Below, piece by piece: positions 18,484 through 27,065 of a stretch of 64,000 nucleotides of DNA (positions are counted from its first letter, which is position 1; the number at the start of each line of letters is the position of its first letter). The notes beneath the pieces are model-generated. The model saw only the letters and a list, made by a program, of their open reading frames with translations, was not told the DNA's origin and searched no databases. The stretch is from an uncultured Gammaproteobacteria bacterium (GTDB lineage Bacteria; Patescibacteriota; Patescibacteriia; Patescibacteriales; BS150m-G62), in NCBI GenBank assembly GCA_964569045.1, contig CAZMSR010000001.1, positions 2,593 to 66,592 on the forward strand. Reading direction: 5' to 3'. The position numbers were made by a program, and so were the translations under genes.

Positions 18484-20157
18484 ATGCAGAAAATACTATT
18501 AAATAAATTGTCAATTCTACTCGTTTGTGTTTTTTTTATAATTATTTTTTTTATTTTGGGTTTTTCTTATTCTTATTACAAGCAGGTTTATGATAATGAA
18601 TTTTCTTTAATAAAAACTAGGAGTTCTCAGCAAGTTACGCATGTAAAAAAGAAAATAATATCATCTCTTGATTCAATAATAACTGAAGTTTTAAGTGCCG
18701 GTGAGTATAGTAGTTTGGGTGATTATATATTAAATCAAAATAGTGCTACTCAAGAGAATTTATCAAGTGAATTTTTGGCTTTAACTAAATACAGAAAAAA
18801 GTATGATCAAATTAGATTTATTGGTATAGATGGCAAAGAAAAGGTGCGAGTTAATTATAATTATGGTAACCCTCAAATTGTTAGAAAAGATCTTTTGCAA
18901 GACATAAGCAGTCGATATTATTTTAATGATTTAATGGAGCTTGAAAAGGGTGAAATTTATATCTCGAAATTTGATTTAAATATTGAAAATGGAAGGATCG
19001 AACTTCCATACAAGTCGGTAATTAGGGTTGGAGTACCTATTTTTTTAAATGGTGAGAAAAAGGGAGCTTTAGTTTTTAATTATCTAGCTGAAGAGCTTTT
19101 GTATTCACTTTACGAGGTTGGGTTTCAAGATAGCATTAGTTATCTTTATAATTCTGATGGTTATTTGTTAAAAGGGTTAGACCCGGATGATGAATGGGGA
19201 TTTATGTTTAATGATAGAAAAGAAAAAACATTAGCACGTCAAAAACCGGATCTTTGGGAAAAAATAAATAGTATTCATGATGGTTTTATAGAAGATAAAA
19301 ATGGATTGTATGTAATTTCTACAATTCACCCTGAAGAAAATATTGTTAATAAGGGAGGGTGTGCTTGTAATTATTGGAAATTAGTTGTGCATACCTCAGG
19401 CAGTGTTTTAAGGGCTCAGTCTGGTGAGGTTATGTATTATTTGATACTCATTAATATATTTATAATATCAACATTGGCTGTGATTTTTTGGGTATTAATA
19501 CGTTTTTTATTCTACAAGCAAATATCAGAAGGGAAAATACTTGAATTAAACGATACCTTGCAGGTTATTAATAAAATTTTAAGGCATGACTTATCAAATG
19601 CATTTACTTCTATTAGTTTGAATTTAGATGTTTATGAAAAAGACTTAAATAATTCTGAATTTGTAAGCTCTATTCGGGAAGTGGTTTCAGGTGGAAAGAA
19701 TTTAATACATCATATGAAAGAGTTAGAGGGCATGGTTAGTCTTGGTGAAGATTTAAAGAGTAAAAAATTGCACGATATATTATTAAATATAATCAAAAAG
19801 TATAAGATAAAAATTGAGCTTAAAGGGCGCGCAAGAGCTCATTGTGACGATGCTATTGAGACGGTTTTTGAAAATATTATTTCTAATGCCTTAAGACATG
19901 GTAGAACCAAAAAAATGAAAATAAATTTAAAACGAGCAAAAAAAGGTGTTAAAATAGAATTTATTGATTATGGAAAAGGTATGCCACATGAAATACAGAA
20001 AAAAGTTTTTGATGAAGGTTTTAAATATGGAAAAGCTGCAAACACAGGGCTTGGCTTGTTTATAGTTAAAAAAACAATTAATCGATACGGTGGAACAGTA
20101 AGCGTTAAAGGTAATATTCCAAAAGGAGTAATATTTACGATATTTATTCCTAGATAG
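18484..20157 (+). CDS. sensor histidine kinase with extracytoplasmic sensor domain
   Basis: Two TM helices flank a ~290-aa outer domain. H-box LRHDLSN, N-box ENIISNALRHG, G1 IDYGKGM, G2 GLGLFIVKK. No response regulator adjacent. Confidence 0.8.
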   Translation: MQKILLNKLSILLVCVFFIIIFFILGFSYSYYKQVYDNEFSLIKTRSSQQVTHVKKKIISSLDSIITEVLSAGEYSSLGDYILNQNSATQENLSSEFLALTKYRKKYDQIRFIGIDGKEKVRVNYNYGNPQIVRKDLLQDISSRYYFNDLMELEKGEIYISKFDLNIENGRIELPYKSVIRVGVPIFLNGEKKGALVFNYLAEELLYSLYEVGFQDSISYLYNSDGYLLKGLDPDDEWGFMFNDRKEKTLARQKPDLWEKINSIHDGFIEDKNGLYVISTIHPEENIVNKGGCACNYWKLVVHTSGSVLRAQSGEVMYYLILINIFIISTLAVIFWVLIRFLFYKQISEGKILELNDTLQVINKILRHDLSNAFTSISLNLDVYEKDLNNSEFVSSIREVVSGGKNLIHHMKELEGMVSLGEDLKSKKLHDILLNIIKKYKIKIELKGRARAHCDDAIETVFENIISNALRHGRTKKMKINLKRAKKGVKIEFIDYGKGMPHEIQKKVFDEGFKYGKAANTGLGLFIVKKTINRYGGTVSVKGNIPKGVIFTIFIPR

Positions 20158-20205
20158 TGAGGTTATAAAGTTTTGATAATTAGTTATGGTTTATATTTTT
20201 ATGTT

Positions 20206-20436
20206 TTAATTATTGTTTAAGGCATCTTTAAGTCTTTGATTTATTTTTTTATTTTCAATTTTTAAATCTGAAATTTTTTCTTCTAGTAAGATATTTTTTC
20301 TCTCAAGTTCTGTCATTCTGTTAGTAATTTTAAACCAGGATGGTATAAATATGCTTAAAAAGATAAATATTGAAATTAATAATATTATTACTTCCCAAAA
20401 TATTTGAGAATTTTTAGATATTTTAAAATTTACCAT
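20206..20436 (-). CDS. small bitopic TM + coiled-coil protein (FtsB/DivIC-like architecture)
   Basis: 76 aa: one TM helix, then the heptad-like ELERKNILLEEKISDLKIENKKINQRL. Assignment by architecture only. Confidence 0.35.
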   Translation of the reverse strand: MVNFKISKNSQIFWEVIILLISIFIFLSIFIPSWFKITNRMTELERKNILLEEKISDLKIENKKINQRLKDALNNN

Positions 20437-20533
20437 AGAGTATTAAGTTTGATTTTTTTAGTAAATTGAGTAAAGTATTTACATTAGTTAATCTGATTGT
20501 ATTATACAAATTATAGTATAGCATAAATACTTA

Positions 20534-20693
20534 GGGACTGTCGCCAAACTCACTTTAATTCATAAATTTGGAAATTTTAAGATAAATTTTTTGAATAATT
20601 TTTGAGGCATACCCTAAGGTAAGCCAAAAAAATTTGAAAAAAATTTAGCCAAAATTAACAATTTATGGGTGAAGCGAGTTTGGCGACAGTCCC
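20534..20693 (+). mobile_element. MITE-A copy 1 (160 bp, non-autonomous)
   Basis: Perfect 18-bp terminal inverted repeats GGGACTGTCGCCAAACTC / GAGTTTGGCGACAGTCCC. Flanked by the direct duplication ACTTA. No coding capacity. Confidence 0.8.
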
Positions 20694-20902
20694 ACTTAGC
20701 AAAAACTGCATAGTTATTGCCTAGATCTTGGGTGTTTTTGTGTTAGTTGTATTTTTTGGATTTTTATAATGAAAATTAACCAAAAAATATATGTATTGCA
20801 TTGTGTTAACGGGTGTATGAGGGATTACATTTAAAGAAATTTCCCTATTTTTAAAAAAGTGTTATTATTTGTGTATAATTTAATAAATAATTATAAAAAA
20901 AT

Positions 20903-22195
20903 ATGAAAAAAAATAGTAAATATAATAATGTTTTTTTTGGATTTCTATGTTTTACCCTGGTGTTTGGGTTGAGTTTTGCACTGCAACCTGCTAATGCTGA
21001 AGACGTTAGTGTTGAAGCTGTGACAATTGAGCCTGTTTTGAGTGCAACAACTAATGAGGAAATTACTGAAGTGACTGACGAAGAGGTAGAGGATATTTTA
21101 GAAGTAGTGATTGAGGCTGAGTCGGACGAGGAAGAGGAAATCGATGTTGAGGAGTTTTCTGACGATGAATTAACTGAGGCTGAGCCGAGTGACTTACCGG
21201 AAGTTGAAGAAGATGAAGTTTTTACTGAGAAATTACATGGAAAAATGTTGCTTGATGTAGAGGGTAACGGTGAGGTGTATTATGTTGATCCCATAACTGG
21301 CGGTAAAGAGTATTTGGCAGATGGGTTTGCTGCTCATAAGTTATTGGAAAGAAGAGCTCTGGGAATCAATGAAGAGAATTTTTCTACATTGGTAATTGGT
21401 GGTGAAGATGTTGAGAGTGATGTATGTAATGAAAATAAGTTAGGAAAAAGATTAAAAGGAAGAATTGTTTTAAGGGTGGAAGAGAAGGGAAAAGCCTATT
21501 GGATTAATCCTGTAAATTGTTTAGCATATTATATGGGGACGCATGAGGCAGCGTATGGATTAATGAAACAAAAGAGCCTTGGAATTAAAAAAAATGATTT
21601 AGCTAGAGTTAAAAATAATAAAAGGCAAAAGATTAAGAGTTCTTATAGGTATTCGTTATTTGCATATGCGGAAGATAAGGATGTTGACTTAAAAGAGGCT
21701 AAGAGATTATTAAATCAGGATGTTAAAGAGATGATTGAATGCTTAAGGGGTAAAAAGGACTTGGACAAAAATGCTTTAAAAGTAGAAAAGAGAGAATATG
21801 CGAAAAATTGTGTAAAAAAATCAGATATTCCTAGAATTAATAAAGAAAGACGAAAGAATCTGAAGGGGATTATAGAGGAGGTAAAAAAAGAAAGGGAAGA
21901 AAATGAAGAAGGTGAAAGAGTGAGGAAGCAGTTGCATAAAATTGATTTTAAAAAGGCATTAAAGAAGGCAATAGAAAGAAAAAAGGAAATGCAAAAAAAG
22001 AAGAATGAGTTAAGGCGCGAAACTAAATTAAAGAAAAGAGAACTTGAACGAGAATATAAAAAGAAAATGGCAGAGCTAAAACGAGAAATTGAACAAAAAG
22101 AAAATAAAATGGAACGTGATGCTAGAAAAGAAATTGAAGAAATAAAAAAAGAAATGTTAAAGTTAGAAAATGAAATGGATGAACTTAAAGAATAA
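20903..22195 (+). CDS. secreted protein: acidic linker, two GE(V/A)(Y/W)Y(V/I)xP modules, K/E-rich coiled-coil tail
   Basis: Signal peptide ..ALQPANA. Modules LHGKMLLDVEGNGEVYYVDP.. and LKGRIVLRVEEKGKAYWINP.. are homologous to the two modules in the 33010..34056 product. Confidence 0.6.
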   Translation: MKKNSKYNNVFFGFLCFTLVFGLSFALQPANAEDVSVEAVTIEPVLSATTNEEITEVTDEEVEDILEVVIEAESDEEEEIDVEEFSDDELTEAEPSDLPEVEEDEVFTEKLHGKMLLDVEGNGEVYYVDPITGGKEYLADGFAAHKLLERRALGINEENFSTLVIGGEDVESDVCNENKLGKRLKGRIVLRVEEKGKAYWINPVNCLAYYMGTHEAAYGLMKQKSLGIKKNDLARVKNNKRQKIKSSYRYSLFAYAEDKDVDLKEAKRLLNQDVKEMIECLRGKKDLDKNALKVEKREYAKNCVKKSDIPRINKERRKNLKGIIEEVKKEREENEEGERVRKQLHKIDFKKALKKAIERKKEMQKKKNELRRETKLKKRELEREYKKKMAELKREIEQKENKMERDARKEIEEIKKEMLKLENEMDELKE

Positions 22196-22280
22196 AAGAT
22201 AAAATAAATTGAATAAAAAAAACCATATAATTAATTATTTGATTGTGTGGTTTTTTATTTTGTGCTAATAATGAAATATT

Positions 22281-24854
22281 ATGAAATACTTAATAATGGT
22301 AAAGGTGGTGTTTACCTTGGCGATTAGTTTTTCGCTTGGATTGAATGTGCTGGCTTTTGAGTCTAATGTGGTTATTTCCGAAATAGCTTGGATGGGTACA
22401 GAGATTTCTAGTAGTGACGAATGGATAGAATTAAAAAATAATACTAGTGATATTATTAATTTAGAAGGCTGGACTTTAAATGCTATTGATGGATCACCGG
22501 TAATAAATTTAACAGGAATAATGCCCGCAAATGGGTATTTTTTATTGGAACGCACCGATGACGATAGTGTTCCGGGCATTACGGCTGATTTAATATACAC
22601 CGGGTCGCTTGAGAATGGTGGTGAAAATTTAGAGTTACGTAATGACAATGGCGATTTAATAAATAGCATAGAATCTGATGGATCTTGGCTAGTTGGAGAT
22701 AATACCACTAAGCAAACAATGGAATGGAGTGGCAATGCTTGGCAAAGTAGTATAAACCCCGGTGGCACTCCAAAGGTTAGCAATAGTACCGGAGATATAG
22801 TTCAGGTCGAGCAAGCCGAAGATCAAGAAGCTACAAGTCAAGCTAGTAATACAAGTTCTACTTCCGGCTCAAGTGATTCTTCTTTCGGTTCTTCTGATCC
22901 GGAGCCGGATAGTACCAAAGAGGATGAAATAGATTTAAATTATAAGAATCTTAAGATATCAGAAATATATCCAAACCCTTCCGGATCAGATTTAGAGCTT
23001 GAGTTTATTGAGTTATACAATGTGGGTACAAGTGCTATTAATTTATCCGGTTTTAAAATAGGGGATAGTTCAAAAAGGGTATATAAAATAAAAGAAAAAA
23101 TTCTGGGACCAAAGCAATACTGGATTTTATATCGCGCAATAACTAAGATTGCATTAAATAACACTAAGGACTCTGTTAAATTATATTTACCGGGTAAAAC
23201 CGAGTCCTTTTTAAGTGTGGATTATAATAATGCTAAAGAAGGATTAAGTTATTCTCTTGATCAAGATATTAAAGCTGAAGTTTATACTTGGTCCAAAATA
23301 ATAACTCCCGGAAAGTTTAATGAAATTAAAGAAGAAAATTTAGCGCCTATTGCCTTTTTCACTATTTCTAACAATATCAAACTAGCGCAACCGTTATTAT
23401 TTGATGCCACTGATAGCTATGACCCTAACGGAGATGACCTTACTTATTTTTGGGATTTTGGTGATGGATTTGTCTCAAGGCTTGATTTAACTGAGCATAC
23501 TTTTTTTAAAGCAGGTGAATATAATGTTTTATTAATTGTTAGTGATGGAGAATATGAAAATAAAATTACTCAAAAATTAATAATAAAAGATAGTAAAGAA
23601 AATATTTTACCGGATAAAAAAGTATTAGAGGATAATAAAAAAGACTTAGATATAAAAGAAAGCGTAGAATCCAATTATGATCTAATAATTTCAGAAATTA
23701 TGCCAAATCCCGAAGGCAATGATAGTGAGGAGTGGATAGAAATATATAATAATGAAGAGATAGACGTTAATTTAAAAAATTGGACCATAGATGATAAAGA
23801 TGGTGGCAGCAAGGCGTACAAGTTTACAGATGATTTTTACATTAAAGCGCAAGATTTTTTAATACTAGGCAAGGAAGATACCAAGTTATCTTTGAATAAT
23901 TCATTTGATCAAGTTCGAATTTTTAATCCAAGCGGAGAATTAGTTGACAAAGTAGAATATTCTAAAGCCAAGGAAGCTCAAGTATATTCATTTATTCAAG
24001 GCGCTTGGCATTGGACAAGCGAAGATACTCCCGGCAGAGATAATTTTCTTGAATATTATAATTATGAATTTCTAAATGATTACGAAGAAATAGATCAGGT
24101 TAAAGATAATAAAAAGAATGGAGTAGAAGAATACATTGAATTGCCATTAAGTGAAGTTAAAAATTATGAAATCAACAGTAAAATTCGCACTGCCGGGATT
24201 GTTACAGCTAAGCCAGGAGTCTTGGGTGCGCAGATTTTTTACATTGCAACTAATAATGCAGGTTTGCAGATATATAATAACAAGAAAGATTTCCCGGAAT
24301 TAAGCTTAGGGGATTATTTGGTTGTGCAAGGTGTGTTGGCTAGTACAAATAGTGAATTAAGATTAAAGACAAAGATAGCAAGTGATATGAAGGTCATTGA
24401 TAATCATTCACCTTTTAAACCTAAAATTGTTAATCTTAGTGATGTTGATAATAGTTTAATAGCGCGATTTGTAAAAGTTAGCGGAACAGTGACTGAGCGA
24501 AAAGCAAATATTATATATTTGGATGATAATAAAAATGAAATTGAAATTTATTTAAAAAGTAGTACCGGTATTAAAAGTAAAGAAATAGAAGAAGGAATGG
24601 AGTATGAAGTAATGGGCATTGTTAGTAAAATTAAAAGTGGTGTAAAGTTAATTCCTCGAAGTATTAATGATTTTGTACTACTTGATAATAATCAGATTGA
24701 AGAAGGTTTAATATTTAATATAGCACAAGATCAACAAGACTGGGCATTGCCAATACGTGACAAAAAACAAGAATTTTTTAATTATTTATTAATCATTAGC
24801 ATTAGCACTTGCGCAGGATTATTTTTTTTGTTGTATAAATTAGATAAAAATTAA
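22281..24854 (+). CDS. surface protein with three lamin-tail-like domains, a PKD domain, two OB-fold-like segments and a C-terminal TM anchor
   Basis: Signal peptide. LTD signatures VVISEIAWMGT..DEWIELKN, ISEIYPNPSGSD..FIELYN and IISEIMPNPEGNDSEEWIEIYN. PKD motif DPNGDDLTYFWDFGDG. C-terminal hydrophobic helix LLIISISTCAGLFFLLY. Confidence 0.75.
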   Translation: MKYLIMVKVVFTLAISFSLGLNVLAFESNVVISEIAWMGTEISSSDEWIELKNNTSDIINLEGWTLNAIDGSPVINLTGIMPANGYFLLERTDDDSVPGITADLIYTGSLENGGENLELRNDNGDLINSIESDGSWLVGDNTTKQTMEWSGNAWQSSINPGGTPKVSNSTGDIVQVEQAEDQEATSQASNTSSTSGSSDSSFGSSDPEPDSTKEDEIDLNYKNLKISEIYPNPSGSDLELEFIELYNVGTSAINLSGFKIGDSSKRVYKIKEKILGPKQYWILYRAITKIALNNTKDSVKLYLPGKTESFLSVDYNNAKEGLSYSLDQDIKAEVYTWSKIITPGKFNEIKEENLAPIAFFTISNNIKLAQPLLFDATDSYDPNGDDLTYFWDFGDGFVSRLDLTEHTFFKAGEYNVLLIVSDGEYENKITQKLIIKDSKENILPDKKVLEDNKKDLDIKESVESNYDLIISEIMPNPEGNDSEEWIEIYNNEEIDVNLKNWTIDDKDGGSKAYKFTDDFYIKAQDFLILGKEDTKLSLNNSFDQVRIFNPSGELVDKVEYSKAKEAQVYSFIQGAWHWTSEDTPGRDNFLEYYNYEFLNDYEEIDQVKDNKKNGVEEYIELPLSEVKNYEINSKIRTAGIVTAKPGVLGAQIFYIATNNAGLQIYNNKKDFPELSLGDYLVVQGVLASTNSELRLKTKIASDMKVIDNHSPFKPKIVNLSDVDNSLIARFVKVSGTVTERKANIIYLDDNKNEIEIYLKSSTGIKSKEIEEGMEYEVMGIVSKIKSGVKLIPRSINDFVLLDNNQIEEGLIFNIAQDQQDWALPIRDKKQEFFNYLLIISISTCAGLFFLLYKLDKN

Positions 24855-24873
24855 AGTTGGTAGTATAAGTAGG

Positions 24874-24900
24874 AAAATTGCCAGCATTGCACTTGGTGAA
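24874..24900 (+). repeat. dispersed intergenic repeat family B, short fragment
   Basis: AAAATTGCCAGCATTGCACTTGGTGAA matches AAAATTGCCAACATTGCACTGTGAAG at 5448..5473. Confidence 0.35.
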
Positions 24901-24980
24901 ACAATAAATTAAGAGTCGGTAAGTAGTTATATTATGTTAATTTGCCAACCTTTTTAATATGGATTATAATATAATAAACT

Positions 24981-25748
24981 ATGGGAAAAATTATTTCGGT
25001 TGTTAATCAAAAAGGTGGAGTTGGTAAAACTACTACTTCTGTTAATTTAAGTGCGTATCTTTCAGATTTAGGCAAGCATGTCTTGCTTGCTGACTTGGAT
25101 CCTCAAGGAAACGCAACTTCCGGTATTGGTATTAACCAAGATGAGTTAGATCTTGGTGTGTATGATGCATTAATAGGTGCCAAAAAACCCGGGTGTTGCT
25201 TAAAAAAGACTAGTCTTGATCGCTTGCATATTTTTCCGGCTACTCAAGCTTTAGCCGGTGCCGGCGTTGAAATGGTGAATATGGAAAATAGGGAATTTAG
25301 GCTTGGAAATCTTTTGAATTTATTAAAAGATGAGTATGACTATCTTATAGTAGATGCGCCGCCATCACTTGGCTTATTAACAATTAATGTATTAGTAGCT
25401 GCTGATGAAGTGCTGATTCCGGTGCAGAGTGAATATTTTGCGCTTGAAGGTTTAGGTCAGTTACTTGAAACAATAGGTTTAATTCAAGGTAACTTAAAGG
25501 CAGATTTGGGTGTCCTAGGAGCTGTAATTACAATGTTTGATAACAGAAATAAGCTTTCTACTTCTGTTATGGAGGAGTTGTATCAGCATTTTCCTAATAA
25601 AGTATTTCGTTCAATTATCCCCAGGTCGGTTCGGTTGGCAGAGGCTCCAAGCTATGGGCAGTCTATATTGTCATATGATCCAAAAAGCAAAGGTGGTAAA
25701 GCATATGAAAGATTAGCTAGAGAGATATTGGATACTGCAAATGAATAA
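24981..25748 (+). CDS. parA: chromosome partitioning ATPase ParA/Soj
   Basis: Deviant Walker A NQKGGVGKTTT. Full-length collinearity with Soj. Followed by parB. Confidence 0.92.
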   Translation: MGKIISVVNQKGGVGKTTTSVNLSAYLSDLGKHVLLADLDPQGNATSGIGINQDELDLGVYDALIGAKKPGCCLKKTSLDRLHIFPATQALAGAGVEMVNMENREFRLGNLLNLLKDEYDYLIVDAPPSLGLLTINVLVAADEVLIPVQSEYFALEGLGQLLETIGLIQGNLKADLGVLGAVITMFDNRNKLSTSVMEELYQHFPNKVFRSIIPRSVRLAEAPSYGQSILSYDPKSKGGKAYERLAREILDTANE

Positions 25749-25793
25749 GATTGTGATAAATTTTTATAAAAAAACTATTTTTAAATTATAAAT

Positions 25794-26672
25794 ATGGCTG
25801 GATTAGGAAGAGGATTAGATAGTCTAATCCCAAAAAAAGTCAATAAAATAACAACAACACCGCGAGGTGAGGCGCTTGTTGAAATTACTTCAGAAGATGA
25901 TTTGCAAAGAGTTTTAAAAATCAACCCTAATGAAGTACGCGTTAATCCATATCAGCCAAGAAGAAGATTTAAACAAGAGCAGCTCGAAGAATTAATGGAT
26001 TCAATCCAGCAGCATGGCATTATTCAACCATTGGTTGTAACAGAGGTTGAAGATGGTGTATATGAATTAATTGCCGGAGAACGAAGATTAAGAGCTTCGC
26101 AGAATCTTGGTTTAGATTTTGTTCCGGCAGTTTTGCGTGATGCTGATAGTCAGCAAAAATTAGAAATGGCATTAGTGGAAAATATTCAAAGAGAAAATCT
26201 TAACCCGATTGAAACTGCCCTTGCATACAGAAAGCTACTAGACGAATTTAATATTAAGCAAGATGAATTAGCAAGAAGAGTTGGTAAAGCTCGACCAACC
26301 GTTGCTAATACGCTTAGAATGCTAAATTTGCCCACTGATATTCAAGATGGATTAATTGATGGCGCTATAACGGAAGGACACGCTAAATTAATAGCAGGAT
26401 TAGAAGAGGAAATAAAACAAAAGCAACTTTATGATCAAATTGTAAATAACAAGATGTCGGTAGGCGCTACTCTTAAGGAAACAAGACGCTTAGGAGGCAC
26501 TAAAGAGGCCAGAGTAAAGATAAGCGCAGAAGACAAAGAAAAAGAATATTTACTAAGAGAATGGCTAGAAACTAAAGTTGAAATTATGAGAAATTCTAAA
26601 GGTGGTGGAAGAATTGCAATAGATTTTTATTCTGATAAAGATTTAGATAAGATTTTAAAAAAAATGAGTTAA
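25794..26672 (+). CDS. parB: chromosome partitioning protein ParB/Spo0J
   Basis: ParB-box IAGERRLRAS, HTH QDELARRVGKARPTVANTLRML, and the NPYQPRR N-terminal motif. Confidence 0.92.
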   Translation: MAGLGRGLDSLIPKKVNKITTTPRGEALVEITSEDDLQRVLKINPNEVRVNPYQPRRRFKQEQLEELMDSIQQHGIIQPLVVTEVEDGVYELIAGERRLRASQNLGLDFVPAVLRDADSQQKLEMALVENIQRENLNPIETALAYRKLLDEFNIKQDELARRVGKARPTVANTLRMLNLPTDIQDGLIDGAITEGHAKLIAGLEEEIKQKQLYDQIVNNKMSVGATLKETRRLGGTKEARVKISAEDKEKEYLLREWLETKVEIMRNSKGGGRIAIDFYSDKDLDKILKKMS

Positions 26673-26697
26673 GTTAATTTTTCAATGCATAAAAAAG

Positions 26698-26722
26698 GCG
26701 TGGCTAAAAGCTGCGTTTTTTT
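26698..26722 (+). terminator. candidate intrinsic terminator after parB
   Basis: 8-bp stem GCGTGGCT/AGCTGCGT (three G-U pairs), then T6. Lies 26 nt after the stop. Confidence 0.35.
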
Positions 26723-26744
26723 AATAAAAAATACTTGTTCATGT

Positions 26745-26789
26745 AAAATTTCCAAATTTATAAATTAAAGCGAGTTTGGCGACAGTCCC
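26745..26789 (+). mobile_element. MITE-A remnant (one end only)
   Basis: AAAATTTCCAAATTTATAAATTAAAGCGAGTTTGGCGACAGTCCC matches the right 45 bp of the copy at 56693..56852. No left TIR is present. Confidence 0.6.
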
Positions 26790-26825
26790 TAGTGAAGAAA
26801 TGGTATTATGTTGTGTGAATAACTG
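26790..26825 (+). repeat. dispersed intergenic repeat family B, fragment directly abutting the MITE-A remnant
   Basis: TAGTGAAGAAATGGTATTATGTTGTGTGAATAAC aligns with CTGTGAAGAGATCGTATTATATTGTGTGAGCAGG at 5467..5500. Confidence 0.45.
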
Positions 26826-26826
26826 C

Positions 26827-26866
26827 AAAAAAAACACCCCTCGAAAAGTGATTCTTTCGAGGGGGG
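26827..26866 (-). terminator. strong intrinsic terminator oriented on the minus strand with no annotated upstream gene
   Basis: On the minus strand: CCCCTCGAAA - 8-nt loop - TTTCGAGGGG (10-bp perfect stem), then TG + T8. On the plus strand the hairpin lacks a T-run. Confidence 0.55.
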
Positions 26867-27065
26867 ATTGATGAGACGTTTTTGAGCGTCAGATCTCTTG
26901 GTAGTTACGAGGTACAAAGCATGCATGTTTTTGTTTGTAAGCATTTTTCCTGTCAAGCATGGCCCTTAATTCTGCAAGTTGCCACGTGACTTTAGGAGAG
27001 TTGTTTACAAACTTCCCAGAAATAAGAGTTGAGTTATATATTAATACTATCATATATTGCTTAAA

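Noticed and set aside
22265-22783. 172-aa minus-strand ORF
   Set aside because: It is antisense to the 5' part of the lamin-tail-domain gene, whose frame carries clear domain signatures. The antisense product has no motif and no independent start or terminator signals.
26867-27056. c-di-GMP (GEMM) riboswitch upstream of comEC
   Set aside because: Only a loose ACAAAGC resemblance exists. The conserved GGCAAAC / ACGCAAAGC cores and the tetraloop-receptor arrangement are absent.
24855-27065. Replication origin or parS sites around parAB
   Set aside because: I noticed no cluster of DnaA boxes (TTATCCACA-like) and no parS palindrome (TGTTNCACGTGAAACA). The only CACGTG, at about 26982, lacks the flanking arms.
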